DNA of 64,000 nucleotides from positions 68,878-132,877 of the forward strand of contig CAZUBK010000001.1 in assembly GCA_964618725.1 (NCBI GenBank). The letters run 5' to 3'. Both the position numbers and the translations under genes were made by a program. The DNA is from an uncultured Pseudomonadales bacterium (GTDB lineage: Bacteria > Patescibacteriota > Microgenomatia > UBA1400 > Chazhemtobacteraceae). Position 1 is the stretch's first letter. Every line of letters begins with the position of its first letter. Positions 7,199 to 16,550 of this stretch are shown piece after piece. Below the pieces are notes generated by a model. That model worked only from the letters and a program-made list of their open reading frames with translations, was not told the DNA's origin and did no database searches.

Positions 7199-9103
7199 AT
7201 GGCAAAAATTGAAGTCTTAAAGACAAGAGAAAGCGAATATGCACAGTTAAAGTCAATAGAGAGGGAGATCAGAATTACTGGCGGATTCTGGCGATCTATA
7301 TTAGATACAAATCTTGAAGTAAGCTTACTCAGACAATATGAGGAGTGCGAGAAAACAGGAAGAATAGATAACTTTCGTCGAGCGGCGGGAATCCCGGTAG
7401 CGAGAGAGGAAAAAAGACAGATTGCTCCCGACTCGGATGTATACAAATGGGTAGAGGCGGCGAGTTATGCTTTGAGAGATAAAGAATTACCAGGACTGAC
7501 TGATAAGTTGAATGAAGTAATAGATTTGATTGTGGCAGCCCAATCGGAAGACGGGTATCTTAACACGATGTTTGTGGGGGAAAGAGTAAAAAGTCGCTTC
7601 AGTAATCTGCTTTGGGATCATGAGCTATATTGTGGAGGTCATCTGATTCAGGCGGCACTGGCGCATTGGCGAGCGACGGGTGAGACAGAATTACTAAATG
7701 TTGGACTGGCATTCGCCAATCATATCTGTGAGTACTTTGGTGAGGAAACACATCAAGGTACCTGTGGCCATCCCGAGATTGAGATGGCGTTGGTGGAACT
7801 ATATCGGGAAACGGGAGAGACAAAATATCTTAATCAAGCAGTTTTCTTTATCAACCAACGAGGGCGAATGCCACCCATCTTGAACGGGAGTAGTGGCATT
7901 CAGGACCATTTACCGATAAATGAACAGACAGAAGTAGCCGGTCATGCGGTAAGGCAATTGTATTTGATGGCGGGATTGGCCGATCTTTATATGGAGACAG
8001 GAGATGGGGCAATACTTTCAGCAATAGAGCAACAATGGCTGGACCTAACAAAGAGACGAATGGCAATTACAGGAGGGACTGGGTCAAGATATGCGGGAGA
8101 GTCATTTGGTTTACCATATGAGTTGCCAGACAGGACAGCTTACAATGAGACGTGTGCAGCAATTGCCAGCTTCATGTTTGCCTGGCGATTGTTACATATT
8201 AGGCCAAATGCGAGGATTGCCGATTTGATGGAGCAGACGCTATACAACGGCGTTCTGGCGGGTGTATCGCTAGACGGACAAAGTTACTTTTATGCGAATC
8301 CTCTAGAGCATCCAGGAGACGATAGTAGTATTCGAACATTTTATGGCAGTAATCAGAGGACGAGAGAGATGTGGGATCAGGTTCCTTGTTGCCCGCCTAA
8401 CTTGGCGAGAATTCTAGCCTCGTTACCTGACTATTTGTATACCAATACGCAAGGGACGATATATTGCCACTTGTTTGCTCAAAGTGAGGCCACATTTGAA
8501 ACAAAGAAGGGAAGGATTGGCCTTTCGCAGAGAACCAATTACCCTTGGGACGGGGAAGTGGAGTTGAGAGTTGAGACTGTGGACCCTGTTGAGCATGAAA
8601 TCGCACTTAGGATGCCTGGGTTTGCAGGCAAGGCGGTGATGGAGATAAATGGGGAAGAGCAAGAAGTTGTTATTGGAGAAGATGGATATGTAAGATTAGT
8701 TCGAGTCTGGCAGTCGGGTGACATTATTACTCTACAGATGGAGTTGTTAGTCAGAAAGATGGCTTCACACTCGCATTTGACGAGTCATGCCGGAAGTATC
8801 GCCTTAATGCGAGGACCGTTAGTTTACTGCCTTGAAGGAGTAGATCATTCCGACTGTGATATCTTTGATTTGGTGCTAGAGAAGACACAGGTTTTTGAGG
8901 AGGAATTTCGACCAGAGTTATTGAAAGGCATAATGACTCTTACGAGCACTGCCCTACTGAGATCCAAGTCTCCCGGACTGTATTTCCCGATTGATGGGCA
9001 AGAGGGAGAGAGTAAAGAGGTGGCGATAACGGCAATCCCCTATTTTGCCTGGGCGAATCGTGGCAGAAGTTCGATGAAGGTGTGGTTACCGTTGAAAACT
9101 TGA
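7199..9103 (+). CDS. Glycoside hydrolase family 127 (beta-L-arabinofuranosidase-like)
   Basis: DSDVYKWVEA, HELYCGGHL, GHAVR, YNETCA, CCPPN, AIPYFAWANR. Confidence 0.9.
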   Translation: MAKIEVLKTRESEYAQLKSIEREIRITGGFWRSILDTNLEVSLLRQYEECEKTGRIDNFRRAAGIPVAREEKRQIAPDSDVYKWVEAASYALRDKELPGLTDKLNEVIDLIVAAQSEDGYLNTMFVGERVKSRFSNLLWDHELYCGGHLIQAALAHWRATGETELLNVGLAFANHICEYFGEETHQGTCGHPEIEMALVELYRETGETKYLNQAVFFINQRGRMPPILNGSSGIQDHLPINEQTEVAGHAVRQLYLMAGLADLYMETGDGAILSAIEQQWLDLTKRRMAITGGTGSRYAGESFGLPYELPDRTAYNETCAAIASFMFAWRLLHIRPNARIADLMEQTLYNGVLAGVSLDGQSYFYANPLEHPGDDSSIRTFYGSNQRTREMWDQVPCCPPNLARILASLPDYLYTNTQGTIYCHLFAQSEATFETKKGRIGLSQRTNYPWDGEVELRVETVDPVEHEIALRMPGFAGKAVMEINGEEQEVVIGEDGYVRLVRVWQSGDIITLQMELLVRKMASHSHLTSHAGSIALMRGPLVYCLEGVDHSDCDIFDLVLEKTQVFEEEFRPELLKGIMTLTSTALLRSKSPGLYFPIDGQEGESKEVAITAIPYFAWANRGRSSMKVWLPLKT

Positions 9104-9140
9104 CACCTTAGCCGATCTAGCTCAGGATAAAAGTGGGAAT

Positions 9141-9749
9141 ATGTGGAAAAAGATTGCCTTACTAATTTTGTGGATGATGACTTCGGTGACGACGCTGCTG
9201 TTTAGTGTTCGTTTGTTTCAAAGTCAGAATCTGTTGGCAGAAAGTCAAATGAAGCCGTCAGTGCTTGGGGATATGAATAGCCTAATGGAAAGGGAGACTC
9301 CAGAGCTACTTTATGCTGCGATTCCACTGCCGAGTAATAAGATAAAGACGGCGATAAAGTCGGCCGACGCCAGACCGGAAATCTTGCGACAGTACTTGGC
9401 AAAATACGAATCTCCACTTGAGCCATTGGCGGATCTTATCGTCCAGATGGCCGACGAAAATGGGTTTGATTTCCGGTGGATGGTGGCAATTGCTCAACAG
9501 GAGTCAAACTTGTGCGAAAAAATCCCTGAAGGATCCTACAATTGTTGGGGGTGGGGAATCTATGGAGACAAGGTGACTAGATTTGCGTCGTTTGACGATG
9601 CCGTGAGGCGAATTGCCCCTCAATTCAAAAAGACTTTTCTACATACCGGTCCGAATACAGATCCGGAACAAGTGATGAAAACGTATACGCCGCCGTCTGA
9701 CGGATCGTGGGCCTTTGGCGTGAATCAGTTTATGGATGAGATGGAATAA
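9141..9749 (+). CDS. Secreted lysozyme-fold (glucosaminidase/transglycosylase-like) protein
   Basis: N-terminal TM; VAIAQQESN catalytic-Glu motif, NCWGWG, YTPPS..W. Confidence 0.65.
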   Translation: MWKKIALLILWMMTSVTTLLFSVRLFQSQNLLAESQMKPSVLGDMNSLMERETPELLYAAIPLPSNKIKTAIKSADARPEILRQYLAKYESPLEPLADLIVQMADENGFDFRWMVAIAQQESNLCEKIPEGSYNCWGWGIYGDKVTRFASFDDAVRRIAPQFKKTFLHTGPNTDPEQVMKTYTPPSDGSWAFGVNQFMDEME

Positions 9750-9799
9750 AGAAAAAGGGTATATAATGAGCTGATCTTTTCGCACATTGGGAGGTCAAG

Positions 9800-10120
9800 G
9801 TGAATGCTGATTACATCCTTGTAATTTTAGTGTCAGTTATGGTAACCACGTTGTTTCTTGCCATTGCCCCGGGGTTTTTGCAGACATTGAAGATTAAGTC
9901 ATATCAATTTTTGCTCGGCATCTTACATTTGGTAACAGCAGGTTTCATTGGACTCTTTGCTATCACCACGACAGAGATATATATGAGACCACTGATTGTA
10001 CTTAGTTTTGTGAGCTGGCTGGGAATGGCTTTGTTTTACTTTGGTTCGGCTGCTTTCGGCAAGTGGGAGACTCAATCAGCTCAAGCACCTGAGACTCCAG
10101 AGCCGGGTAACGATAGTTAG
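9800..10120 (+). CDS. Small membrane protein (3 TM)
   Basis: GGGAGG SD, GTG start, TATAAT upstream, own terminator at 10128-10160. Confidence 0.6.
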   Translation: MNADYILVILVSVMVTTLFLAIAPGFLQTLKIKSYQFLLGILHLVTAGFIGLFAITTTEIYMRPLIVLSFVSWLGMALFYFGSAAFGKWETQSAQAPETPEPGNDS

Positions 10121-10203
10121 TTTTTTTGCCCTCCTTATATCGACTTAAGGAGGGCTTTTTGGGATGAAAAAACTCCCGGGGTGAGCCGGGAGTGCGATGA
10201 AAA

Positions 10204-10992
10204 TCAATAGTTTTCTCTGATTTCAGAAACGAGAAGCTTGTCTTTATTGTGCAAAGTTTCCTCAATACCAGCAATTTCTTCTTTGATGATACTGAGGAGT
10301 GCTTTCTGGTAAAGTACTGCGTTGAGATTAACAATTTGACTGTTTGGATCAGAATTGCTGCTTAGAGTCAAAAGTCTAAGGGGTTTGTTGATGCCATTTG
10401 TCCAGAGTTCGAGAGAGCGGTCGGGGTTGGTTTGAATCTGAGTACCGAGAGAGACACGCTTAGCAACCAGTTTAATCAAGGTAGAAGCAGTATCGTCCTG
10501 GACATCAGCTAAAAGGGGAAGTATTTGACCTTCAGATTGGAGCGGAACGTCACCCATTCTTGTCAGACGAATCTTGACCGATTGACCGAGCTGTTTTTGC
10601 AATCTGTCGGCAATCTCGGCGAGATAGGGGAGGTACTTGATGCCATAGCAATCGATAACCATGTCTTCGAGAGGGAGGTTAATTTCACCCACAGGAATAG
10701 CCTCAATTACTTTCTCTTCGGAGATTTCAATCTCCCATTTCAGCCAACCACGCCAAACTCGCTTTTCCTGGCAAGTAATGGTTGTGACAGTCATTCCAAG
10801 AGTGAGCTTATCAGCGTCCGCGTACAGATCTCTGGTGAAATTTTCCCTACGCCAGGGATAATTGTGGTAATAGACGCCGGGGCAAACGGGATAGCCCCAG
10901 TGCCTCAGGAAGGCGCCTATCTTAATGATCTGAGGAATCTCGAGAACTACTTCTGGATTACCGGTAGAGATGGGAATAATATCTATTGACAT
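10204..10992 (-). CDS. Hypothetical protein
   Basis: 262-aa ORF preceded by AAGGAG. Confidence 0.6.
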   Translation of the reverse strand: MSIDIIPISTGNPEVVLEIPQIIKIGAFLRHWGYPVCPGVYYHNYPWRRENFTRDLYADADKLTLGMTVTTITCQEKRVWRGWLKWEIEISEEKVIEAIPVGEINLPLEDMVIDCYGIKYLPYLAEIADRLQKQLGQSVKIRLTRMGDVPLQSEGQILPLLADVQDDTASTLIKLVAKRVSLGTQIQTNPDRSLELWTNGINKPLRLLTLSSNSDPNSQIVNLNAVLYQKALLSIIKEEIAGIEETLHNKDKLLVSEIRENY

Positions 10993-11094
10993 CTTGTCTC
11001 CTTACTTAAGTTTGAAATGTTCACAATCATTTTACCATTATCTATGGGATTAGTACATTCTTTTTTCGAACCTAAAATGGTAAAATATGTTTAT

Positions 11095-11175
11095 GCCGAG
11101 GTGGCGAAATGGTATACGCACTGGATTTAGGATCCAGCGGGGAAACCCATGGAGGTTCAAGTCCTCTCCTCGGCA
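11095..11175 (+). tRNA. tRNA-Leu(UAG)
   Basis: Acceptor GCCGAGG/CCTCGGC, anticodon TT-TAG-GA, long variable arm GGG-GAAA-CCC. Confidence 0.93.
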
Positions 11176-11191
11176 CCCAGTATTTTTTAGT

Positions 11192-11395
11192 ATGAAAAGT
11201 AAAACGATTCTATTTTTAATCATCATTTTATCTGTAATTGTTTTTTTTGGTTTCTATTTCGCAAAGAGAAATTTTGTAGTTTGCCGCTTTATAGGTGGCA
11301 GACTGGAAGAAATAAATGCCGGGTGTCAATGTGCTTCGCAACCTTGTACTGTAACAATGTGTAGTCATGAGAATAAATGTGTTTTAGGCAAGTAA
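11192..11395 (+). CDS. Small membrane-anchored Cys-rich protein (67 aa)
   Basis: TM N-terminus then 6 Cys; start reassigned to ATG 11192 because the track ORF begins in the tRNA region. Confidence 0.55.
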   Translation: MKSKTILFLIIILSVIVFFGFYFAKRNFVVCRFIGGRLEEINAGCQCASQPCTVTMCSHENKCVLGK

Positions 11396-11457
11396 ACATT
11401 CTTTTTGAAATGAGCTAAGTCGGCTATGAGGCTACACTGAGCCAGCGACAAAGGAAT

Positions 11458-11973
11458 TTATCTGTATATCGCAATTAGTTGTCTGACTATCATCTCACTC
11501 CACTTCTCGATATGGTCTGACGAGAAGTCAAACCAAACACGATAGAAATTGTCGCGAGCAATTTTTCTTGTTCTTCCTACTTCTGGATCTTGGAGATAGA
11601 TGAAGTTGTCATCTAATCCTGCAACAACGGAATAATGTCCGTCCGCAACTTCATCTTCAGGATAGTCATAACGCCCGCGGGTAAACCAATTGATGATTAC
11701 GGGAACGCCTTTCTCTAGCCACTTTTGAAGATCGTTGAACTTTGAGTTGTTTTTGACTTCCACTTTGAAGCCTAATTTTTCTGCAGCTTGTTTAATTGAT
11801 TTTGCATCTACGCCAAGACCAACCTGGCGATTACACATTTGGGATAGCTCTGCCTCACTTATGTCTAAATTGTAGTAATCGGTGACAATCTTTAGTGATG
11901 CAGGACCACAATACCCACCGTGAAGGGTTTCTTGAAAAGGCTTAACAGATAAGAGGATGGACCTATTAAACAT
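11458..11973 (-). CDS. Stand-alone peptidase C39
   Basis: Q..GYCGPASL, GHYSVV, YLQDP catalytic triad pattern. Confidence 0.85.
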   Translation of the reverse strand: MFNRSILLSVKPFQETLHGGYCGPASLKIVTDYYNLDISEAELSQMCNRQVGLGVDAKSIKQAAEKLGFKVEVKNNSKFNDLQKWLEKGVPVIINWFTRGRYDYPEDEVADGHYSVVAGLDDNFIYLQDPEVGRTRKIARDNFYRVWFDFSSDHIEKWSEMIVRQLIAIYR

Positions 11974-11976
11974 AAA

Positions 11977-12945
11977 CTATCTTGTTTGGGTAAATAGATC
12001 TTCGATGATTTCGTCGAGGGGCACGCCTTGAATATCAATATCGTCGATGGGAAATTTATCGGCTAACTTGGCAATAATTTTACTTTGAGAAGCTTTGGGA
12101 ACTTCAAGGGTATATGAGAGTTCTTTGCTATTTATGACTTGGCCAAGTTTGCTTAATTTCTCTTCTTTGATGGGTTTCGTAAAGGTGACGGTTAGATATT
12201 TTTTGTCTTGGTAATGGTGAGATAGTTTTTCTAGGGTATCATCAAAGACTATTTGACCATGGTTAATGATAATGGCACGATCAGAAACACTTTCTATGTC
12301 GGCCATTTCATGACTAGTGAGAATGATCGTTGTTTGCTCTTCTTTGTGGAGGTGGCGGAGAAAGTTTCTAATTCTCCTCTTGGAAACGACGTCTAAGCCA
12401 ATGGTTGGCTCGTCGAGGAATAAAAGCCTGGGTCGGTGGAGAATGGCGCCAATTAGTTCCATCTTTAAGCGTTGTCCGAGTGAGAGTTTTCTAACGGGGA
12501 TATCGAGCTGCTCCTTAACGTCGAGCAACTCCGTCATTTCATCAAGGCGGGTTTGGAAAGTCTGGTCTGGAATTTGATAGATAGTTTTGAACAGCTTGAA
12601 GCTCTGCATTGCCGAAAGATCCCAGGACAAGCCACTTTTATTTCCCATTACTAAGGCAATTTGACGCAGATATTCTCTTTTCCTTTGGTTTGGAGTAAAT
12701 TCAAGTACTTTTATTTCCCCGGAGGTTGGATACAAAAGACCAGTGAGCATTTTAAGAGTCGTTGTTTTGCCGGCTCCATTAGGACCAAGGAGCGCTACTG
12801 ATTCCCCTTGATTGATCTGGAAATTTATATGATCAACGGCAGTAAGTGGTTTACTTTTTGGAATGAAGATACTTTTGAGTACTCCTTGCTTGACTGGGAT
12901 TTTATAGGTTTTAGTTAGATTTTTTATACTGATAATTGGTGTCAT
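11977..12945 (-). CDS. ABC exporter ATP-binding subunit (COG4586-like)
   Basis: GPNGAGKT, LSLGQR, LFLDEPTIGLD. Confidence 0.92.
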   Translation of the reverse strand: MTPIISIKNLTKTYKIPVKQGVLKSIFIPKSKPLTAVDHINFQINQGESVALLGPNGAGKTTTLKMLTGLLYPTSGEIKVLEFTPNQRKREYLRQIALVMGNKSGLSWDLSAMQSFKLFKTIYQIPDQTFQTRLDEMTELLDVKEQLDIPVRKLSLGQRLKMELIGAILHRPRLLFLDEPTIGLDVVSKRRIRNFLRHLHKEEQTTIILTSHEMADIESVSDRAIIINHGQIVFDDTLEKLSHHYQDKKYLTVTFTKPIKEEKLSKLGQVINSKELSYTLEVPKASQSKIIAKLADKFPIDDIDIQGVPLDEIIEDLFTQTR

Positions 12946-12947
12946 TT

Positions 12948-13775
12948 TTAGGATGAAGCTGATGTGTAATGTTTAAGCGCGAAGTTCCAGGCTTTGATTT
13001 TAATGAAAAGAAAGATAATTGTGGCAAACAAAACAAGCAGAAGCCAGATAGGGCTGGTGGTACGACCTAATACATACGATGTTGTGAGCGCGGTATGGGC
13101 CAAGAATGGAACAGCTGTTAAGCCTAGGAGGATTATAGAATTAGGGAATGCTTCGAGAGGGATGGCGTCGCTGCCAAAAAAAGCGACTTGATAAGAAATA
13201 CCCACTAAGCCTTTTGATTCACCTGTCCAAAAAGTTAGGAGTGTAACAAGAAACTGAAAACAATGAATGGCAATTTGACCTAATATTAGGGTCAAAACTC
13301 CATAGAATACTCCAAGTGGGGTGATACTAAAATCAAGATGTTTAATAACAAGGTATAGGAGTGGAAGGGTGGCGGGCCACATTTCAAAGACTAGAGTAAA
13401 AAGATTGATTTTTTGGAAAGTGACATACCAAAGCGATGGTAAGGGCTTGCTCAATATCAGGTCAAGCTTGCCGCTTTTAATGTCTTCGCCTAATCGTTCT
13501 AGATTGGTCATGCTCCAAACCCAGATAAGGTAGAAGTTAAACTGAACTATTAAAGTGAAAAGAAGAGCTTCGGAATAGCGGTATCCGGCGATGTTTTGAA
13601 TCCGGCCAAAAAGTGCAGAAAGAAAAATCAGATACGTAATCATGTAGGTGATCGTAGAGGCCAGTCCTCCCCAGTTATTTAAACTGTAAGCTAGTGACTC
13701 TTTTAAAGAGAAAAGAGTGTTTGCTTTAAGAATCGCTAGGCGAATACTAATTGGTTCAAATACCGATTGCTTCAT
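12948..13775 (-). CDS. ABC-2 family permease (COG3694-like)
   Basis: 6 TM, IKSGKLDLILSKP, C-term LKHYTSASS. Confidence 0.85.
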   Translation of the reverse strand: MKQSVFEPISIRLAILKANTLFSLKESLAYSLNNWGGLASTITYMITYLIFLSALFGRIQNIAGYRYSEALLFTLIVQFNFYLIWVWSMTNLERLGEDIKSGKLDLILSKPLPSLWYVTFQKINLFTLVFEMWPATLPLLYLVIKHLDFSITPLGVFYGVLTLILGQIAIHCFQFLVTLLTFWTGESKGLVGISYQVAFFGSDAIPLEAFPNSIILLGLTAVPFLAHTALTTSYVLGRTTSPIWLLLVLFATIIFLFIKIKAWNFALKHYTSASS

Positions 13776-14538
13776 AGCGTTTTAATCCAAGTCGCCAGAT
13801 AAAAAAGCTAAATGGTAATAGAACGAGGATCCAAACAGCGGCGGAAATGAAGGCAGTCAGAATATCGTAATTAAAACTTCTGGTCTGCATGATGATTGAA
13901 GGAAGGTACGCCACCGCGGGCAGAGGAGAAAGTAGCAAAAGATGTTTGATCTTGTCGGAAAAGAAAGTGATGGGAATGAGAACACCACTAAAAACGCGTA
14001 TGAAGTGGGAGGCAACGTTTTGAAGATGCTTTGCTTCAGGACTCCAGAATGTAAGACTGCCAACAAGTAAGTTGAAAATGAAACCAATGATGAAGGCCAA
14101 GGAAATACTCAAGAGAAATAATATAAACTGAATTAGAGAGAAGCTGGGCAGGAAAATAAAACCAACAGACATAAGTAGGATAGACATAAACATGACTATC
14201 CCCCTGGTGCCCAAGAAAGAAGTGTATAGGAAAATAACTGGATGAATGGGACGAAGTAGGTGGGAGCTTAGAGTTCCTTCTTTTATCTCACTATTAAGGG
14301 CTCTAGTGAAACGAAGCGATTCAGCATCGACTAATCCTTGGACGCCATTAGCGATGAGGAAATAGGAAATGAGAGACCCTACGCCCGTAGACGCTTGCTT
14401 GCCGATTAGACTCCAGAGAAAAATAACTCCCCCTAAATAAATGGCTTTGTTTAAAATCATCAGCCAAACTTCACTCCGGTAATTGGTGACCTGAGAAAGA
14501 CCAAAAATAAGACTGTCTTTGTATGTGGAAAGTTTCAT
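13756..14538 (-). CDS. ABC-2 family permease (COG4587-like)
   Basis: EIKEGTLSSHLLRP, SGVLIPITFF, C-term KRYEAIG. Confidence 0.85.
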   Translation of the reverse strand: MKLSTYKDSLIFGLSQVTNYRSEVWLMILNKAIYLGGVIFLWSLIGKQASTGVGSLISYFLIANGVQGLVDAESLRFTRALNSEIKEGTLSSHLLRPIHPVIFLYTSFLGTRGIVMFMSILLMSVGFIFLPSFSLIQFILFLLSISLAFIIGFIFNLLVGSLTFWSPEAKHLQNVASHFIRVFSGVLIPITFFSDKIKHLLLLSPLPAVAYLPSIIMQTRSFNYDILTAFISAAVWILVLLPFSFFIWRLGLKRYEAIGI

Positions 14539-14582
14539 CTCACCTATTATAGCTTTTCACCCTTAAAGGATGATGTCGTTTT

Positions 14583-14703
14583 GGCTTGGCCCGACGCAGT
14601 CGGTCCAGCCTGAAGCTGGACAAAAAAATCGCGCGCAAAGCCGAGCGTAGCTCGGAGTGAGCCCCGCTAAGCGGGACGAACGGAAAATACAAAAGTGGCT
14701 GCC
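14583..14703. repeat. 121-bp hairpin-rich direct repeat, copy 1
   Basis: Matches 16551-16671 with 7 mismatches and no gaps; four short hairpins. Confidence 0.9.
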
Positions 14704-14947
14704 GCGTGGCATCAGCGGAGGGGGGCGCTGAGCCAGCGGCGAGCTCAATTTCCTTGGAAAAATGTAATAACATCTCTAAAATAGAGCACCCATCCGGACT
14801 TCAGGCTTTTGGCCGGACCGCTCGCCCAGGCGGTGTGGGTGGAGATTTTGAATCCAGAGTCTAATGGGCTCTTGAAGTTAAAAATATTAACCAATGTTAC
14901 CCTAAGTTATCGACTTTTATAATTAGTAGTATACTGACTCTCAGATT

Positions 14948-16150
14948 ATGAAAGAGATAGATAACCCGTTTGCTCCAGGTGCCGGCAAACTTCCTCCTGA
15001 ACTTGCAGGTCGTGATGAGAACTTGGAAAAAGTGGATGTGATTCTGCATAGATTCAAGAATGGAAGGGGCGATAGAAGTTCATTATTTCTAGGACTTCGG
15101 GGTGTGGGCAAAACAGTTTTGCTTAATACTGTAAACAAGAAGGCATTAGAATTGGGATATCACACTGTTTACGTAGAGTCTCCTGAAGAAGAATCACTAG
15201 GCAGCTTGCTTATTCCTGGCCTTAGAAAAGTATTATTACAACTAAGTGTCCTAGAAGGAGCAAAACAAAAGCTAAATATTGCTTTTAGTGCCTTGAGATC
15301 TTTTGCGTCTATTTTTGATATAAAAATAGGTGATGTTGGAATAAAAGTTACCAAATCTATGGGAGTAGCTGATAGTGGAATCCTAGATCAAGATTTGATT
15401 GATCTATTAGTTTCCGTAGGAGAAGCAGCACAAGAAGCCAATTCGGCAGTTGGGATACTGATAGATGAGCTTCAATACGTTAAAATAGAAGAACTTGCAG
15501 CGCTCTTCGCAGGCATTCATCGCGTGGGCCAGCTTCAATTACCCTTAGTTTTATTCGGTGCAGGTTTGCCCCAGTTGGCAGGCATGTCAGGAAACGCAAA
15601 ATCATATGCGGAGCGCTTATTTGACTTCCAAGAAATTGGCCCACTTGAGGAAGCAGACGCAGTCATTGCAATTAAAGAACCTTTAGAAAAAGAGGGAGTA
15701 AGCATTGAATCGGAAGCTTTAAAAGAAATAGTTAGAGAGACTGAAGGTTATCCATATTTCCTTCAGGAATGGGGTGCTCATACCTGGAGATCTGCAGAAA
15801 GTTCACCAATAACACTTGGGGATGTAATGGGGGCAACTAAAGACACCATCTTTACACTCGATAAAGGTTTTTTTCGTGTCAGATTTGATCGGTTAACCCC
15901 AATTGAAAAGGACTATTTACGAGCCATGGCTGAGTTGGGAAGGGGCCCTCACCGCTCTGGTGATATCGCCACTAAACTTGGTAGAACTGTAAATGAAGTA
16001 GCACCATTCCGGTCAAAACTTATTGTGAAAGGTATGATTTTCTCGCAACAACACGGAGATACTGCTTTTACTGTTCCTAAATTCGATGAGTACATGAAGC
16101 GAGCAATGCCTACTTTTACTCCTCATCCGATAAAGAAAAGAGTTACGTAA
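14948..16150 (+). CDS. AAA+/STAND-like ATPase with C-terminal winged HTH
   Basis: NPFAPGAG..PPELAGR, Walker A GLRGVGKT, Walker B ILIDELQ, GYPYFLQ, C-terminal HTH. Confidence 0.8.
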   Translation: MKEIDNPFAPGAGKLPPELAGRDENLEKVDVILHRFKNGRGDRSSLFLGLRGVGKTVLLNTVNKKALELGYHTVYVESPEEESLGSLLIPGLRKVLLQLSVLEGAKQKLNIAFSALRSFASIFDIKIGDVGIKVTKSMGVADSGILDQDLIDLLVSVGEAAQEANSAVGILIDELQYVKIEELAALFAGIHRVGQLQLPLVLFGAGLPQLAGMSGNAKSYAERLFDFQEIGPLEEADAVIAIKEPLEKEGVSIESEALKEIVRETEGYPYFLQEWGAHTWRSAESSPITLGDVMGATKDTIFTLDKGFFRVRFDRLTPIEKDYLRAMAELGRGPHRSGDIATKLGRTVNEVAPFRSKLIVKGMIFSQQHGDTAFTVPKFDEYMKRAMPTFTPHPIKKRVT

Positions 16151-16262
16151 GAACGACTCTACTTTTTCAAAGATATTCTTGTGTGACCTACATTTGTGTT
16201 CTATTCCAAGTTTAGTTGCTTTTTTTCGGCCCGGTAGTTTTGATTAGAGTGATATAATAGGA

Positions 16263-16352
16263 TCACAATTTGGGGAGGTAGGTCCCAACTTCATACCTGT
16301 GAAGCTACTAAGTGAGACGCTTGCTTTCTTGAAGAGGAACTGGCGTCTTTTG
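16263..16352 (+). promoter_or_regulatory. Structured 5' leader ending in a terminator-like hairpin
   Basis: TATAAT just upstream; hairpins TTGGG/CCCAA, CTTCA/TGAAG and GAGACGC/GCGTCTT-TT. Confidence 0.45.
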
Positions 16353-16395
16353 TCGTTTTATTAATTAACACAGAACAGAAAGGAGGTGGAAGCAG

Positions 16396-16545
16396 ATGAC
16401 GACACAGGAAATGGCAGTAGAGCTTACTAAAGCTTGGATTGCGCAAAGAGGTTCTTTGTCAATAGCATCACAAGCGGCTACTGACATATCTTTAGTTTAC
16501 AAAGCAATGGTGAAAGCAATAAATGAGAGCTATAAAGAAGAATAG
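16396..16545 (+). CDS. Small helical protein (49 aa), not in ORF track
   Basis: Perfect SD AAAGGAGGT; MTTQEMAVELTKAWIAQRGSLSIASQAATDISLVYKAMVKAINESYKEE. Confidence 0.65.
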   Translation: MTTQEMAVELTKAWIAQRGSLSIASQAATDISLVYKAMVKAINESYKEE

Positions 16546-16550
16546 AATCA

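Noticed and set aside
14540-14773. ORFs 14540-14773 and 16478-16675 sharing PLLYFPFVPLSGAHSE
   Set aside because: Similarity just reflects the DNA repeat; differences track hairpin loops rather than codons, and no start signals are present.
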